Part shown: positions 1-12,184 of the stretch, piece by piece
Numbering within the stretch: position 1 is the first letter of the stretch
How the letters are laid out: each line of letters starts with the position of its first letter
Made by a program: the position numbers and the translations under genes
Origin: Octopus sinensis
Taxonomy: Eukaryota
Length of the DNA: 64,000 nucleotides
Assembly: GCF_006345805.1 (NCBI RefSeq)
Contig: NC_043009.1
Span: 63,736,001 to 63,800,000, forward strand
Direction of reading: 5' to 3'
The notes under the pieces: model-generated
What the model was told of the DNA's origin: nothing
The model's input: the letters and a program-made list of their open reading frames with translations, nothing else
The model's database searches: none

Positions 1-329
1 GAGCTTGATGGATACACACATGTATAAAGGACGTGATGAATGAATAGACTAATAAGGAGATGGAGTCAGACAAACAGATAGATGTGTGAAAAATCATTTA
101 CTGCAAGCTACATAGATTGAACCAGTGACTTTCTTGTTACAAACGTAAAAGAATTTATTGTTCTAGAAAATAATTGGCTCAAACGATTGGCTAAATTAAT
201 TATTTAGCTATCGAAAGATCAGATTGGGACCAAATTATACCCTATGAAATTTGCCCAGATCCCCATCCGAGTGATCATAATAAGCAGTGCTTTTCTCGGG
301 TGTTTTCAAAGCATCTGATGTCTGGATAT

Positions 330-1790
330 CCTGTACACAATGACACACATCTGTGTCTTAAGAGCCAAAAGAAGGGTCATTTCTCTAAAATGTGCCATAC
401 TGCCACTTCATCATCTACCAATGGTGCCACTACTTTCATCGGTCAACCAACATCCACAGCATCAATACCACCTGCTGTCTCAGGGATCTTATTGATAAGC
501 TGATGACTTATTAGATGGTTGTAACTCTGAAAGTTTTGTCCATCTTGATTTAGTTAAATGCCACTCGCTATGTATTTGGCAATGGACAAATTCTATTTTT
601 AGTACCATTGCTTCAATCTCTGTTAAACATTCACCTCTTGGCTGACCAGTGGATCCTTTAATAATGTACACTGGTCTGTATTCCCCCAGTGGTGTTCTGA
701 CATTATTCTTGACCGAAATTTTCAGAAGTCTCATAACAGTGTAGCTAGGAAGTGATTTATCATTTCTTATTATTTGTGGATTTGGTAGCTAATACATCAA
801 TTCTCCGGCATTATTTGTTAACCTGACATTTGATTGCCATCCTGTTGCCACTTAATCACATTATTCTCTTTATTCTTTATTCTTTATTCTTTATTCTCTT
901 TATTCTTAATCAGCAGAGGAACTTGTTTGCAAGGCTGTAGGGAAAGAAATTTGTATTGTGAGACAACACTTCAAGATCATGAGCTTCTAGCTGAGTTTCA
1001 CAACGTGCCCTACTGATCAAGAATTATTCGTTTGCCTCACTTTGTGAGCCTGAAAAACATGCCATATTCCACAGATGATGTCCAACAAATGGTTGCCTCA
1101 TGTAATGTATGCGTGGGAAACAAACTAAAATTCACAGACCATACAAAACACACCTCATAAAGGTTACTCAAACTTTTGAACAGCTAAACACCAACTTCAA
1201 AGGACCTCATTCTTGTATCGACCAGAATCAATATTTTCTTAAGATCATAGATGATATCATAGTTCAAGACTTCTATGTTTCCTTGTTCAAATATAGATTT
1301 TTCACCAAACATTTACTATCCTTACCGGTTATTTTCTATTTATGGTTTACTAATTTACATTTACTATGTTTGTAAAACCTCTTTTATAACAGCATGAATT
1401 TCTCACTAATGAAGGAGTATCAGGGATCAAAACCACTAATCATGGCCCCCCCAAAGTAATGGACTGGTGCAGAGATTCAATAAAGTATTCTTGAAAGCAA
1501 TCATGCTAGGTTTAAGGTTGTAAAAGCTGCCTGGCAAAATCTTCTCACTAATGATGCCAATGCACTCCAGCCATTGTTGCATAGTGAAACCAATGCCGAC
1601 TCAATGAGAAACTTCTGAATTATTCCCATTGCCTTTCTATGGGGACCTCAGTTCTTTTGTTGTAGGATCTTAGATCAGGTTTTCTGAAATGCTATGTTTG
1701 TATGAACTAGATAGATTCTCTAACTGATGATGTGGAATTCATGCAAACAACACATGTTTGCTACTACAATATCAAAGAAACCATTGGCCC
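330..1790 (+). mobile_element. Decayed, internally deleted Ty3/Gypsy LTR retrotransposon (gag CCHC - protease - integrase)
   Basis: Broken frames give CLKSQKKGHFSKMC (gag knuckle, 354-395), LLDGCNSESFVHLDLVK (aspartic protease-like, from 508), LPHFVSLKNMPYSTDDVQQMVASCNVC (integrase Zn domain), HLIKVTQTFEQLNTNFKGP...YFLKIIDD and SNGLVQRFNKVFLKAIML (integrase core, catalytic D>N and E>Q). Stops and frameshifts throughout; no LTRs recognised. Confidence 0.75.
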
Positions 1791-1806
1791 CTTCTCTCTC
1801 TCTCTT

Positions 1807-1845
<39 letters not shown>

Positions 1846-2412
1846 TGCCTGTCTGTACACTCTCCATGCTCTAACATATCTACCATAGCAAACTCTATCT
1901 CTCCTTCCTCTTCTTTCTTTTCCTGCTGATGCAGCCAAGTATTTCCACTACAGTGAGACCCCTATTTGTATCCCTCTTTTATACTCTAACCTCTCACCTG
2001 GAACAAAGTCACCTCCTGCAGTTCCATTCCCTCTCCCAGCTGAGAGGTCATCATCTTGCAAGTTACTTGATGACTCAGCTGGTGTCAGTGCCACATGAAT
2101 AGCACCCAGTACACTCTGTAGAGAGGTTGGCAATTGGAAGGGCATTCAGCCAGAGAAACCATGTCAAAGCAGACAGTGAAATCTGGTGCAGCCGTCCAGC
2201 TTGCCACCTCCTGTCAAACTGTCCAACCCTATGCCAGATGAGATGTTTAGCACCAACACAAACAATCACAGAATATGAGACTCAAACATTGAAAGGTTGA
2301 CTCCCAAAAAAAACAACATTGCCAGTAGTGTCATTGTAAGGCATGGTTACACTGGGCAATTGCCTAGGGACCCCACTAAGGGCCCAATTCTGATCTGTGC
2401 ATGCTGTGGCTT

Positions 2413-2634
2413 ATTCTTTTATTTGTTTCAGTCATTTGACTGTGGCCATGTTGGAGCACCAACTTTAGTCGAACAAATCGACCCCAGGACTTATTCTTTG
2501 TAAGCCTAATACATATTCTATCAGTCTCTGCCAAACCGCTAAGTTACGGGGATGTAAACACACCAGCATCAGTTGTCAAGCGATGGTAGGGGGACAAACA
2601 CAGACACACAAACACACACACACACATATGCGTC

Positions 2635-2666
<32 letters not shown>

Positions 2667-2830
2667 CGACGGGCTTCTTTCAGTTTCCGCCTACCAAATC
2701 CACCCACAAGGCTTTGGTCGAACCGAGGCTATAGTAGAAGACACTTGCCCAAGGTGCCATGCAGTGGGACTGAACCTAGAACCATGTGGTTGGTAAGAAA
2801 GCTACTGACCACACAGCCATGTCTGCACCT
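2413..2830 (-). mobile_element. tRNA-headed SINE family 1 (internal TA/CA microsatellite)
   Basis: Reverse complement of the consensus seen at 6652-7072. The family has roughly 20 full or partial copies in the window. Confidence 0.85.
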
Positions 2831-3379
2831 TGTCAATCAGTAAATATCATAGGGCCCAAAGCACTGCTTTGCCCAAGGGTCCCATAATGTTACTAAGACA
2901 GCCTTCAGGAGACATTGTGGAACCCCTTAAAATTGATGAACCTCTTACTTTGGGTTCTGGACAGTTTCCATGTTCTAGTATTTTGGATTTGTGAATTTAA
3001 AACATCATCAAGAGAGTAAGATAGTTGCAAAAGCCATTTATTACAAGCTTTGTAGCTTGGTCCAGTGAATTCTTCATTACTAACATTAAAGAATTTGGAA
3101 TAATTCTAGAAATGAACTGACCCCGCAAAATGGACTAAATAATTAAAAAAGGAAGACAAGATTCCCATTCAGTATTTCCTCCATTGACAAGCTTTACATG
3201 TAGTCTCGTGATAATAGAGGAAGTTGTTTGCAAGGATTAATGAGTTTTGATGAGTTTTATTGTATAAATGTAATCAGTTGTGTGCTGTCTTCATTCTTGG
3301 ATAAGTGTTTTGCTGTTAATTGAAGTTTTATGTTGAATAAAGCCATCAGATAAGGTGTCTTTCAATTGCACAACAGATA

Positions 3380-3460
3380 GATAGCTGGCTAGTTGGCTGG
3401 CTAGCTGGCTGGATGAATGGACAGATGGACAAACGGACGGAGGGATTTAAAGACAGATGG

Positions 3461-3493
<33 letters not shown>

Positions 3494-3780
3494 CAGATGG
3501 ACGGATGGATGGATAGATGGAGGGTAGGCTGGTAGGTTGACTGGCTGGACAGATGGATGGATGGATGGGTGGATGGATGGACAGATGGATGGATGGACAG
3601 ATGGACGGATGGATGGAGGGAGGGTAGGCTGGTAGGTTGACTGGCTGGACAGATGGATGGATGGATGGATGGATGGATGGATGAATGGATGGATGGATGG
3701 ATGGATGGATGGATGGATGGATGGATGGATGGATTGATGGATGGGTGGATGGATGGATGGATGGAGGGCAGATTGGCTGG
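3380..3780. repeat. (GGAT)n compound microsatellite with a 100-bp higher-order duplication
   Basis: GGAT runs; the block agggtaggctggtaggttgactggctggacagatgg recurs at 3521 and 3621. Confidence 0.95.
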
Positions 3781-3965
3781 ACAAATAGAAAAATGGACAA
3801 ACAGATGGATAGATGGGTGAGTGGTTGGCTGGTTGGCTGGCTGGTTGAATATCTTAGTTTACAGTTTTGTCTTTCCCTATTATTCATTAAATATTTCCAT
3901 TTCATTAATATACAAATAGCCCCTCCAACATATCCATCTTGTTAATAATAATAATAATAATGATG

Positions 3966-4008
<43 letters not shown>

Positions 4009-4154
4009 TAATAATAATAATTTATTGAAAGAATAAAGTATCATTAAAGAATTGATCAGAAACAAATGCGTGACATAAATATATGAATGTAAGAGTTTCC
4101 ATTCTTTAAATCTGACTTCATCTTTCAATTAGAAATCAATATTGTAACTTTAAA

Positions 4155-5174
4155 ACTGTGTGTGTATGTGTGTGTGTGTGTATGTATGTGTGTGTGTATG
4201 GGAGTGTGTATGTATGTGTGTATTTAATGTATGTGTGTATGTATGTATGTATGTATGTATGTGTGTATGTATGTATATATGTGTGTATGTATGTGTGTGT
4301 GCATATATGTATGTGATGTATGATGGATCTATATACTTATGTGTGTGTGTATGTATGTATGTATGTATGTATGTATGTTTGTATGTGTGTATGTTTGTAT
4401 GTTTGTATGTATGCATGTATGTATAAGTGTGCATGTGTATGTATGCATGTATGTATGTATGCATGTATGCATCTATGTATGTATGTATGTTTGTGTGTGT
4501 ATGTATGTATGTATGTATGTATGTATGTATGTATGTATGTATGTATGTATGTATGTATGCATGTATGTATGTATGTATGTTTGTATGTATGTATGCATGT
4601 ATGTATGTATGTTTGTGTGTGTATGTATGTATGTATGTATGTATGTATGTATGTTTGTATGTATGTATGTATGTTTGTGTGTGTATGTATGTATGTATGT
4701 ATGTATGTATGTATGTATGTTTGTATGTATGTATGTATGTATGCATGTGTGTTTGTATACATTTGTGTGTATGTAATTATGTATGTCCTTATCACAGTCT
4801 TGGAGATGAGGCAATCACTTTGTATGTATGTATGTGTTGATGTATGTTTGTGTGTGTGTTTGAATATATGTATGCATTGTTTTTGCATGATGAATGCATG
4901 TATATACACGTGTGTGTATGTATGCATATTTATCTATGCCTGTGTATATGTATATACATGTGTCTGTAGGTGTGTGCAAGTGTATGCATGTGCACATGTA
5001 TTTCAGACATTATATATGATAAACACACATATACATATAACATAGAAGCATACATACACACACACATATACATACATACATTCGAGCATACATGCATACA
5101 TACGTACATTCATATAACATTTATGCATACATACACACATACATACATATATACATAGATTATAGATGGAGGAC

Positions 5175-5205
<31 letters not shown>

Positions 5206-5234
5206 CAGACAGACAGACAGGCAGGCAGGCAGGC

Positions 5235-5266
<32 letters not shown>

Positions 5267-5310
5267 GCAGATAGACAGACAGACAGGCAGACAGAGATGG
5301 AGAGAGAGAC
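4155..5310. repeat. Compound (ATGT)n/(TG)n/(GACA)n microsatellite field
   Basis: Read directly; source of the MYVC/HTYI pseudo-ORFs. Confidence 0.95.
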
Positions 5311-5641
5311 ATACACTGACTCATACATACAAAACACATATTACCATACAGTGATACTTTATACACTTTCACACACCCATATGCGAATGCACACATGCAC
5401 ATAACATATGCACACACATGCAACACGACACACACACACACATGCAACACGACACACACACACACATGCAAAACACACACACACATACAAACAGACATAG
5501 CCACACGTGTACGAGCTCACACAGTCATCCAACTAATTGTTCAAATAATATAAAAGAAAACCAAATCCAGATGTTCGGTATACATGACTCAGCTCCTGGA
5601 GACCCAGACAGAAAACCACTTTATAATATTTAGTCTTGTCA

Positions 5642-6490
5642 CGGCAGCAAGCTGGCAGAAATTGTAGCACACTGGGCGAAATGCCTAGTGGTATTTCGTC
5701 TGCCGCTACGTTCTGAGTTCAAATTCCGCCGAGGTCGACTTTGCCTTTCATCCTTTCAGGGTCGATAAATTAAGTACCAGTTACGCACTGGGGTCGATAT
5801 AATCGACTTAATCCATTTGTCTGTCCTTGTTTGTCCTCTGTGTTTAGCCCCTTGTAGGTAGTAAAGAAATAGGTATTTCGTCTGCCGCTACATTCTGAGT
5901 TCAAATTCCACCAAGGTCAACTTTGCCTTTCATCCTTTCAGGGTCGATAAATTAAGTGCCAGTTATGCACTGGGGTCAATATAATCGACTTAATCCATTT
6001 GTCTGTCCTTGTTTGTCCCTTCTGTGTGTAGCCCCTTGTAGGCAGTAAAGAATTAAGAAACGTTAGCAGATTGGGGGAAATGCTTAGTGGCTTTTCTTCT
6101 GGCTTTACATTCTGAGTTCAAATTCCGCCGAGGTCGACTTCGCCTTTCATCTTTTCGGGGTCAATAAATTAGGTACCAGTTGAATACTTGGGTCAATGTA
6201 ATTGACTGGACCCCTCCTCTAAAATTACAGGCCCTGTGTCTAGAGTAGAAAGGACTGTTTAGCTTTGTCAGGGCAGCAAGCTGGCAGAACCATTAGCATA
6301 CCAGGTAAAATGCTTACCAGCATTTCGTCTGTCTTTACGTTCTGAGTTCAAATTCCGCCGAGGTCGACTTTACTTTTCATCCTTCTGGGGTCAATGAAAT
6401 AAACACTGGTGAAACACTGGGGTCAATGTAATCAATTTACCCCAGTCCACAGAATTGCTGGCCTTGTGCCAAAATTTGAAACCAGTGTTA
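5642..6490 (+). mobile_element. Head-to-tail cluster of four SINE family 2 copies (Nin-domain-like core)
   Basis: Four repeats of gagttcaaattccgccgaggtcgactttgcctttcatcctttc...taagtaccag...ggggtcgat. The first has a full head (gcaagctggcagaa...); the second starts at gtatttcg after a taaagaaatag tail. The Nin-like label is from memory. Confidence 0.8.
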
Positions 6491-6570
6491 TAGTTTTGTC
6501 TCTACAGTTTGAGTTCAAACTCTGTCATGGCACTGTATAAGACATGTCTCCATTAGAACCAGTCAACTAC

Positions 6571-6623
<53 letters not shown>

Positions 6624-6651
6624 TTCCCCAAAATATACTGACATTCTCAAT

Positions 6652-7072
6652 AGGCGCAGGAGTGGCTGTGTGGTAAGTAGCTTGCTTACCAACCACATGG
6701 TTCCGGGTTCAGTCCCACTGCGTGGCACCTTGGGCAAGTGTCTTCTACTATAGCCCCGGGCCGACCAATACCTTGTGAGTGGATTTGGTAGACGGAAACT
6801 GAAAGAAGCCCGTCGTATATATGTGTATATATATATATATATGTGTGTATATGTATATGTGTTTGTTTGTCTGTGTTTGTCCCCCCAACATTGCTTGACA
6901 ACCGATGCTGGTGTGTTTACATCCCCATCACTTAGCGGTTCGGCAAAAGAGACCGATAGAATAAGTACTGGGCTTACAAAGAATAAGTCCTGGGGTCGAT
7001 TTGCTCGACTAGAAGCGGTGCTCCAGCATGGCCGCAGTCAAATGGCTGAAACAAGTAAAAGAGAGAAAGAGA
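6652..7072 (+). mobile_element. tRNA-headed SINE family 1, full-length reference copy
   Basis: A-box-like tggctgtgtggt, B-box-like ggttcagtccc, central (TA)/(TG) tract, 3' end ccagcatggccgcagtcaaatggctgaaacaagtaaaagag. Other copies near 8.45, 11.1, 22.2, 25.1, 27.3, 31.05, 32.3, 34.5, 58.6 and 59.5 kb. Confidence 0.9.
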
Positions 7073-7074
7073 GG

Positions 7075-7322
7075 TATAATTGTTACATTATTTACATTAT
7101 TTATATTATTTACATTTGACGGATATCTGTCCTCAGCTTGTTTGTTGTTTACACAAAGTTTCGGCTGATATACCCTCCAGCCTTCATCAGGTGTTATATT
7201 CAAGTCAGGTGGTATTAGCTGAAACGTTGTGTTAACAACAAACAAGATGAGGACAAATATCCATCAAATGTAAATAATGTAAATAATGTACATAATTCCT
7301 CATCTCTTAAATATAGAACTGA
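7075..7322. mobile_element. Fold-back (palindromic) Penelope-like repeat carrying hammerhead motifs
   Basis: Inverted arms tttacatttgacggatat.tgtcctca.cttgtttgttg / caacaaacaagatgaggacaaatatccatcaaatgtaaa. Minus-strand hammerhead ACAC-CTGATGA-A-GGCTG..CAGCC-GAAA-CT-TT-GTGT at 7151-7194. Same family at 43255 and 52153. Confidence 0.65.
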
Positions 7323-7680
7323 ACAGGTATAATTATTATTGCAATTAGAACATATGATAATGATAATTTTATAACTTGTATTCATATAATATTTTAGTAA
7401 ATAGTTTGTAAAACATTGTTGAAATTATATACGTTTTCTAGTTTGAGAACTTCATTAATGGCGGTGCCCCAGCATGGCCACAGTTCGTGAGCTGAAACTA
7501 GATGAAATAAAAAAAAAATAAAATTATGTTTAACGTGTGTGTGTATGTGTGTGTGTGTGTGTGTGTATGACTGTATAAAGTGAGCAGAAAAGTGAAAGTG
7601 GTACTCTGTACATTTGATAGGAGTTGCCTGGTCTGTCCTACACACCCACAAAACATTAAGTCATATGAAGCTGTATCAAA

Positions 7681-7736
<56 letters not shown>

Positions 7737-7807
7737 ATCAGGACACCATGATAGATCGTTAGCTCCTACACGCATTTTTTTTTCTCTCCTTGTTTCTTTT
7801 CTGTGTA

Positions 7808-7845
7808 TCTTTCTGTCGAAGAGCATAGGCTCGAAACGTAAAAGA
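7808..7845 (+). ncRNA. Minimal type-I hammerhead-like motif with variant core (CUGUCGA)
   Basis: TCTTT-CTGTCGA-A-GAGC-atag-GCTC-GAAA-CG-TA-AAAGA: helix I 5 bp, helix II 4 bp, palindromic ACGU helix III, GUA triplet; A6 replaced by U. Confidence 0.45.
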
Positions 7846-7968
7846 CTTGTTCTATTTCTATTCCTGAGTGCCATACTAATACATTTGTTTGTTTGTACTC
7901 CACCTGCCTTCATCTTTTGTTTATTTTTGTAAACCTTCCCATTATATATATATATATATATATATATA

Positions 7969-8076
7969 CTTTATTTAAAGCAGCAGAAAATTCAACAAAA
8001 CCTGTTACTCTGAGTTTCACGTTGCCATTACTCAGAGTAACAGGTTTTGTTGAATTTTCTGCTGCTTTAAATAAAG
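7969..8076. repeat. Perfect 47-bp inverted repeat, 14-nt loop
   Basis: 7969-8015 is the exact reverse complement of 8030-8076; flanked by (TA)n. Confidence 0.95.
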
Positions 8077-8145
8077 CATATTACCCTACCACTGGTATTT
8101 GAGTTCTCTTTTTTCCACCTTGTTTCACATTTATGTGTTCACTCC

Positions 8146-8181
<36 letters not shown>

Positions 8182-8384
8182 TAGATAGATAGATATATAA
8201 TGCATTACTTGTTTTAGTTATTAGATTGCAGCCAAGCCTTAAAGGGGATAGTTGGACAAATCAACCCAAAGTACTTTAATTTTTTAACCTGGTACTTATT
8301 CTCTCTGTTTTACTGAACCACTAAGCCATAAGAATATAAACAAACCAACACCAGTTATCAAGTGGTGGTGAAGGACAAATATGA

Positions 8385-8419
<35 letters not shown>

Positions 8420-9106
8420 CTCATGCCAGCATGTGTGTGTGTATACATATAGGCATGGCTGTGTGGTAAGAAGCTTGCTTCCCAACCACTTGGTTCTGGG
8501 TTCAGTCCCACTGCGTGGCACCTTAGGCAAGTGTCTTCTACACTACCCTCAGGCTGACCAAAGCCTTGTCAGTGGATTTGGGAGATAGAAACTGAAAGAA
8601 GCCTGTTGTGTGTGCGTGTGTGTGTCACAGTGCATCTACATGCATATTTCTGTGTCTATCTTTGTCCCCCATGACTACTTGACAACTGGTACTAGTGTCT
8701 CCCCATAACCTAACGGTTATGTCCTGGGGCCAATTCATTCAACTAAAGAAAATAAATTCCCAAAGTCGCTGCTCCAGCATGGCCACAGGCTAATGACTGA
8801 AATAAGTAAAAGATAAAAGATATTCTTTTATCCTTTTACTTGCTTCAGTCATTTGACTGCAGCCATACTGGGGCAGCACCTTAGATAGTTTTAGTTGAAG
8901 AAATCGACCCCAGGACTTATTCTTTGTAAGCCTAGCACTTATTCTATCAGTCTCTTTTGCCAAATTGCTAAGTGACAGGGACATAAACACACCAACATCA
9001 TTTGTCAAGTGATGGTGGGAGGACAAACACAAACACAAAGACATACACATAAATATATATATATATGTATATATATACATATATACATATATACATATAT
9101 ACATAT

Positions 9107-9146
<40 letters not shown>

Positions 9147-9256
9147 CGTGACCACGACCGCCAGGCTATCAGATGTTGCTACATATCGCTGGTCACAATG
9201 CGCTTCACATTGTTTTAGCCTTCAAATGACGCCACCCCAATGGTTAAGTGAGCAGG

Positions 9257-9302
<46 letters not shown>

Positions 9303-9779
9303 ACACATACACACATGTATATACGCCAGGCTTCTAGCAGTTTCCATCTACCAAATCCACTCTCAAGACTTCGGTCAGCTCAAGGCTGACCTCATAGCCA
9401 CGCCTGCACCTATATATAAACTGTTTTCATGTTCAGTTATAATAAAACCAATTTTACATTAAACCGAAGGATTATGCAATATTTTTCGTTGAGGACATAT
9501 TTGTTATACTTTTACAGGAATAGTGTTGACAGTAACTTCAAAGTTTCAATCAGTTAATCCATCATACAAAGAGCTTCTTTCAGTTTCCGCCTACCAAATC
9601 CAGTTGACTATTCAGGGGATGTAGTAGAAGACCCTTGCCCAAGGTGCCACACCGTGGGACTGAACCTGGAACAGTTTGGTTGGGAAACAAACTTCTCACT
9701 ACACTGCCACACCCCATAAACACACACACACCACACACACACTAGTGTATCTATATGGAGAGAAAATGGTACACATACA

Positions 9780-9791
9780 TACATACGCACA

Positions 9792-9822
<31 letters not shown>

Positions 9823-9947
9823 TATAATATTATTATATATTATAATAGATATATATATATATAATATATATATATATATATAAGATATATATATATATAT
9901 ATATATATAGCACACACATAGATATACATATATATAATAATACATAT

Positions 9948-9979
<32 letters not shown>

Positions 9980-10083
9980 CGCACACACATCTATATACAT
10001 ATATATATATAGATATATATATTATATATATATAATACGCACAACATATATATACATATGATATATATACAGATATATTATAT

Positions 10084-10121
<38 letters not shown>

Positions 10122-10353
10122 GCACACACATATATATAATATATAGATATATTAATATAGATTATATATATATATATATATATATAATAATATATATATA
10201 TTAATATATATATATATTATATATACGCACACACATATATATACATAGATATAGATACATATATATATACATATATATAATAAATATTATACATATATAT
10301 ATATATATGTGTGTGCGTATATATATATATATAATATAATATATTATATAATA

Positions 10354-10397
<44 letters not shown>

Positions 10398-10400
10398 AAG
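9780..10400. repeat. Degenerate (TA)n field
   Basis: Read directly. Confidence 0.95.
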
Positions 10401-10715
10401 GGTGAAAAATTTGGATATTAATTTAATAATAACATCAATTGAACACCAAGTGGTTGAGACCATTGCGGATCTATTTTTAGCGCAAGAGCAACCACATAGT
10501 GGACACTCTCTTATATTTGTGTATGTATATATATATATATTTATATATATGAGAAATATATGCATACATATATTCAACAATACATAATATACACACAGCA
10601 ACATACATATACACACATAGATATACACACATATACTAACATATATATATATATGATACATAAATATAACATACAGATACATGCAATCATACACCCAACA
10701 TTTATATATACATAC

Positions 10716-10748
<33 letters not shown>

Positions 10749-11799
10749 CATATATATGTACTCAGCATATATACATACATATTGGTTGTTAGTTCCCTGA
10801 TCTGTATGATCGTCTTTCCTTCTGAAGAGATAGTGCCTTCCCGTCATGGGCTCTGAGGAGGTGGCTTTTTAAGGCCCGCTGCTGACCTGCAAGTTCTACT
10901 GGAAATTACGCAAGTGTTCGGCACCACCAGACATCTTTCTTGATTACCTCTGTTACGTAACATGTTAACGTGTCTCGTTAAGCCTGACTTTGACCGTTGA
11001 AATTGATTACAGGTTCCCCACTTGAAAACGCTTATCTACATCGCATTGTTTGAAGTGATTAGTGAATCCAACTGTTAACAAGATATGTACTATAATAATA
11101 AACGTGGTTGTGTGGTAAGTAGCTTGCTAACCAACCACATGGTTCCGGGTTCAGTCCCACTGTGTGGCACCTTGGGCAAGTGTCTTCTGCTATAGCCTCG
11201 GGCCAACCAAAGCCTTGTGAGTGGATTTGGTAGACAGAAACTGAAAGAAGCCTGTCGTATATATGTATATATATGTGTGTGTATATGTTTGTATGCCTGT
11301 GTTTGTCTCCCTAGCATTGCTTGACAACCGATGCTGGTGTGTTTACGTCCCCATCACTTAGCGGTTCAGCAAAAAAAAGACCAATAGAATAAGTACTAGG
11401 CTTACAAAGAATAAGTCCCTGGGTCGATTTGCTCGACTAAAGGCGGTGCTCCAGCATGGCCACAGTCAAATGACTGAAACAAGTAAAAGAGAGAGTATAT
11501 CACCATGACCGACAAGGCTATCAGATGTTGCTACACATCGCTGGTCACAATGTGCTTTCGCATCGTTTTAGCCTTCAAATGACACCACCCCGCTGGCTAA
11601 GCGAGCAGGCCAACAGAGGAAAGAGTGAGAGAAAGTTGTTGCGAAAGAGTACAGCAGGGATCGCCACCACCCCCTGCCAGACTCTCCTGGAGTTTTAGGT
11701 GTTTTCGCTCAATAAACACTCACAACGCCCGGTCTGGGAATCGAAACCGCGATCCTACGACTGCGAGTCCACTGCCCTAACCACTGGGTCATTGTGCCT

Positions 11800-11838
<39 letters not shown>

Positions 11839-11901
11839 CAATTTTAATTCAAATTTTTTTTTAAATATCATTCGATACATTATACAATATTCATATTTTA
11901 T

Positions 11902-11991
11902 ATCTCTGAAGAGCAGAAGGGTTGTCTATAAGTGCTTATCAATATAGGACTTCATTATAGGGACAACCTTTTTGCGAAACGATCGTAAGAT
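11902..11991 (+). ncRNA. Type-I hammerhead ribozyme with intact catalytic core (Penelope-like-element type)
   Basis: ATCT (helix I) - CTGAAGA (11906-11912) - helix II of 14 bp (11913-11926/11962-11975, two G.U) plus 5 bp - GAAA (11976-11979) - palindromic ACGATCGT helix III - GTA cleavage triplet (11985-11987) - AGAT (helix I). Confidence 0.75.
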
Positions 11992-12184
11992 GCTTAAAAA
12001 CTTAATTCAAAACTTTTAAACTTTCAAATTTATTTTAGACATCATATTTATATTTTTAATATTTATTTATTTAGTTATATTTTTAATACATAAAGTCTTT
12101 CATATGGGTATATCTTTGTGAAAAATTTGATATTGATTTCCTTATATTAATAATAATAATATATTATTAAAAAATATATGTATG

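Noticed and set aside
3401-5504. Many 100-240-aa ORFs (HPSI, MYVC, HTYI repeats), with similar ones at 9-10, 22-23, 39-41 and 61-63 kb
   Set aside because: They are translations of microsatellites that lack stops by construction.
6652-6730. tRNA genes at SINE heads (also 24.1, 26.5 and 35.8 kb)
   Set aside because: A/B boxes are present but no complete cloverleaf, and each runs directly into a SINE body.
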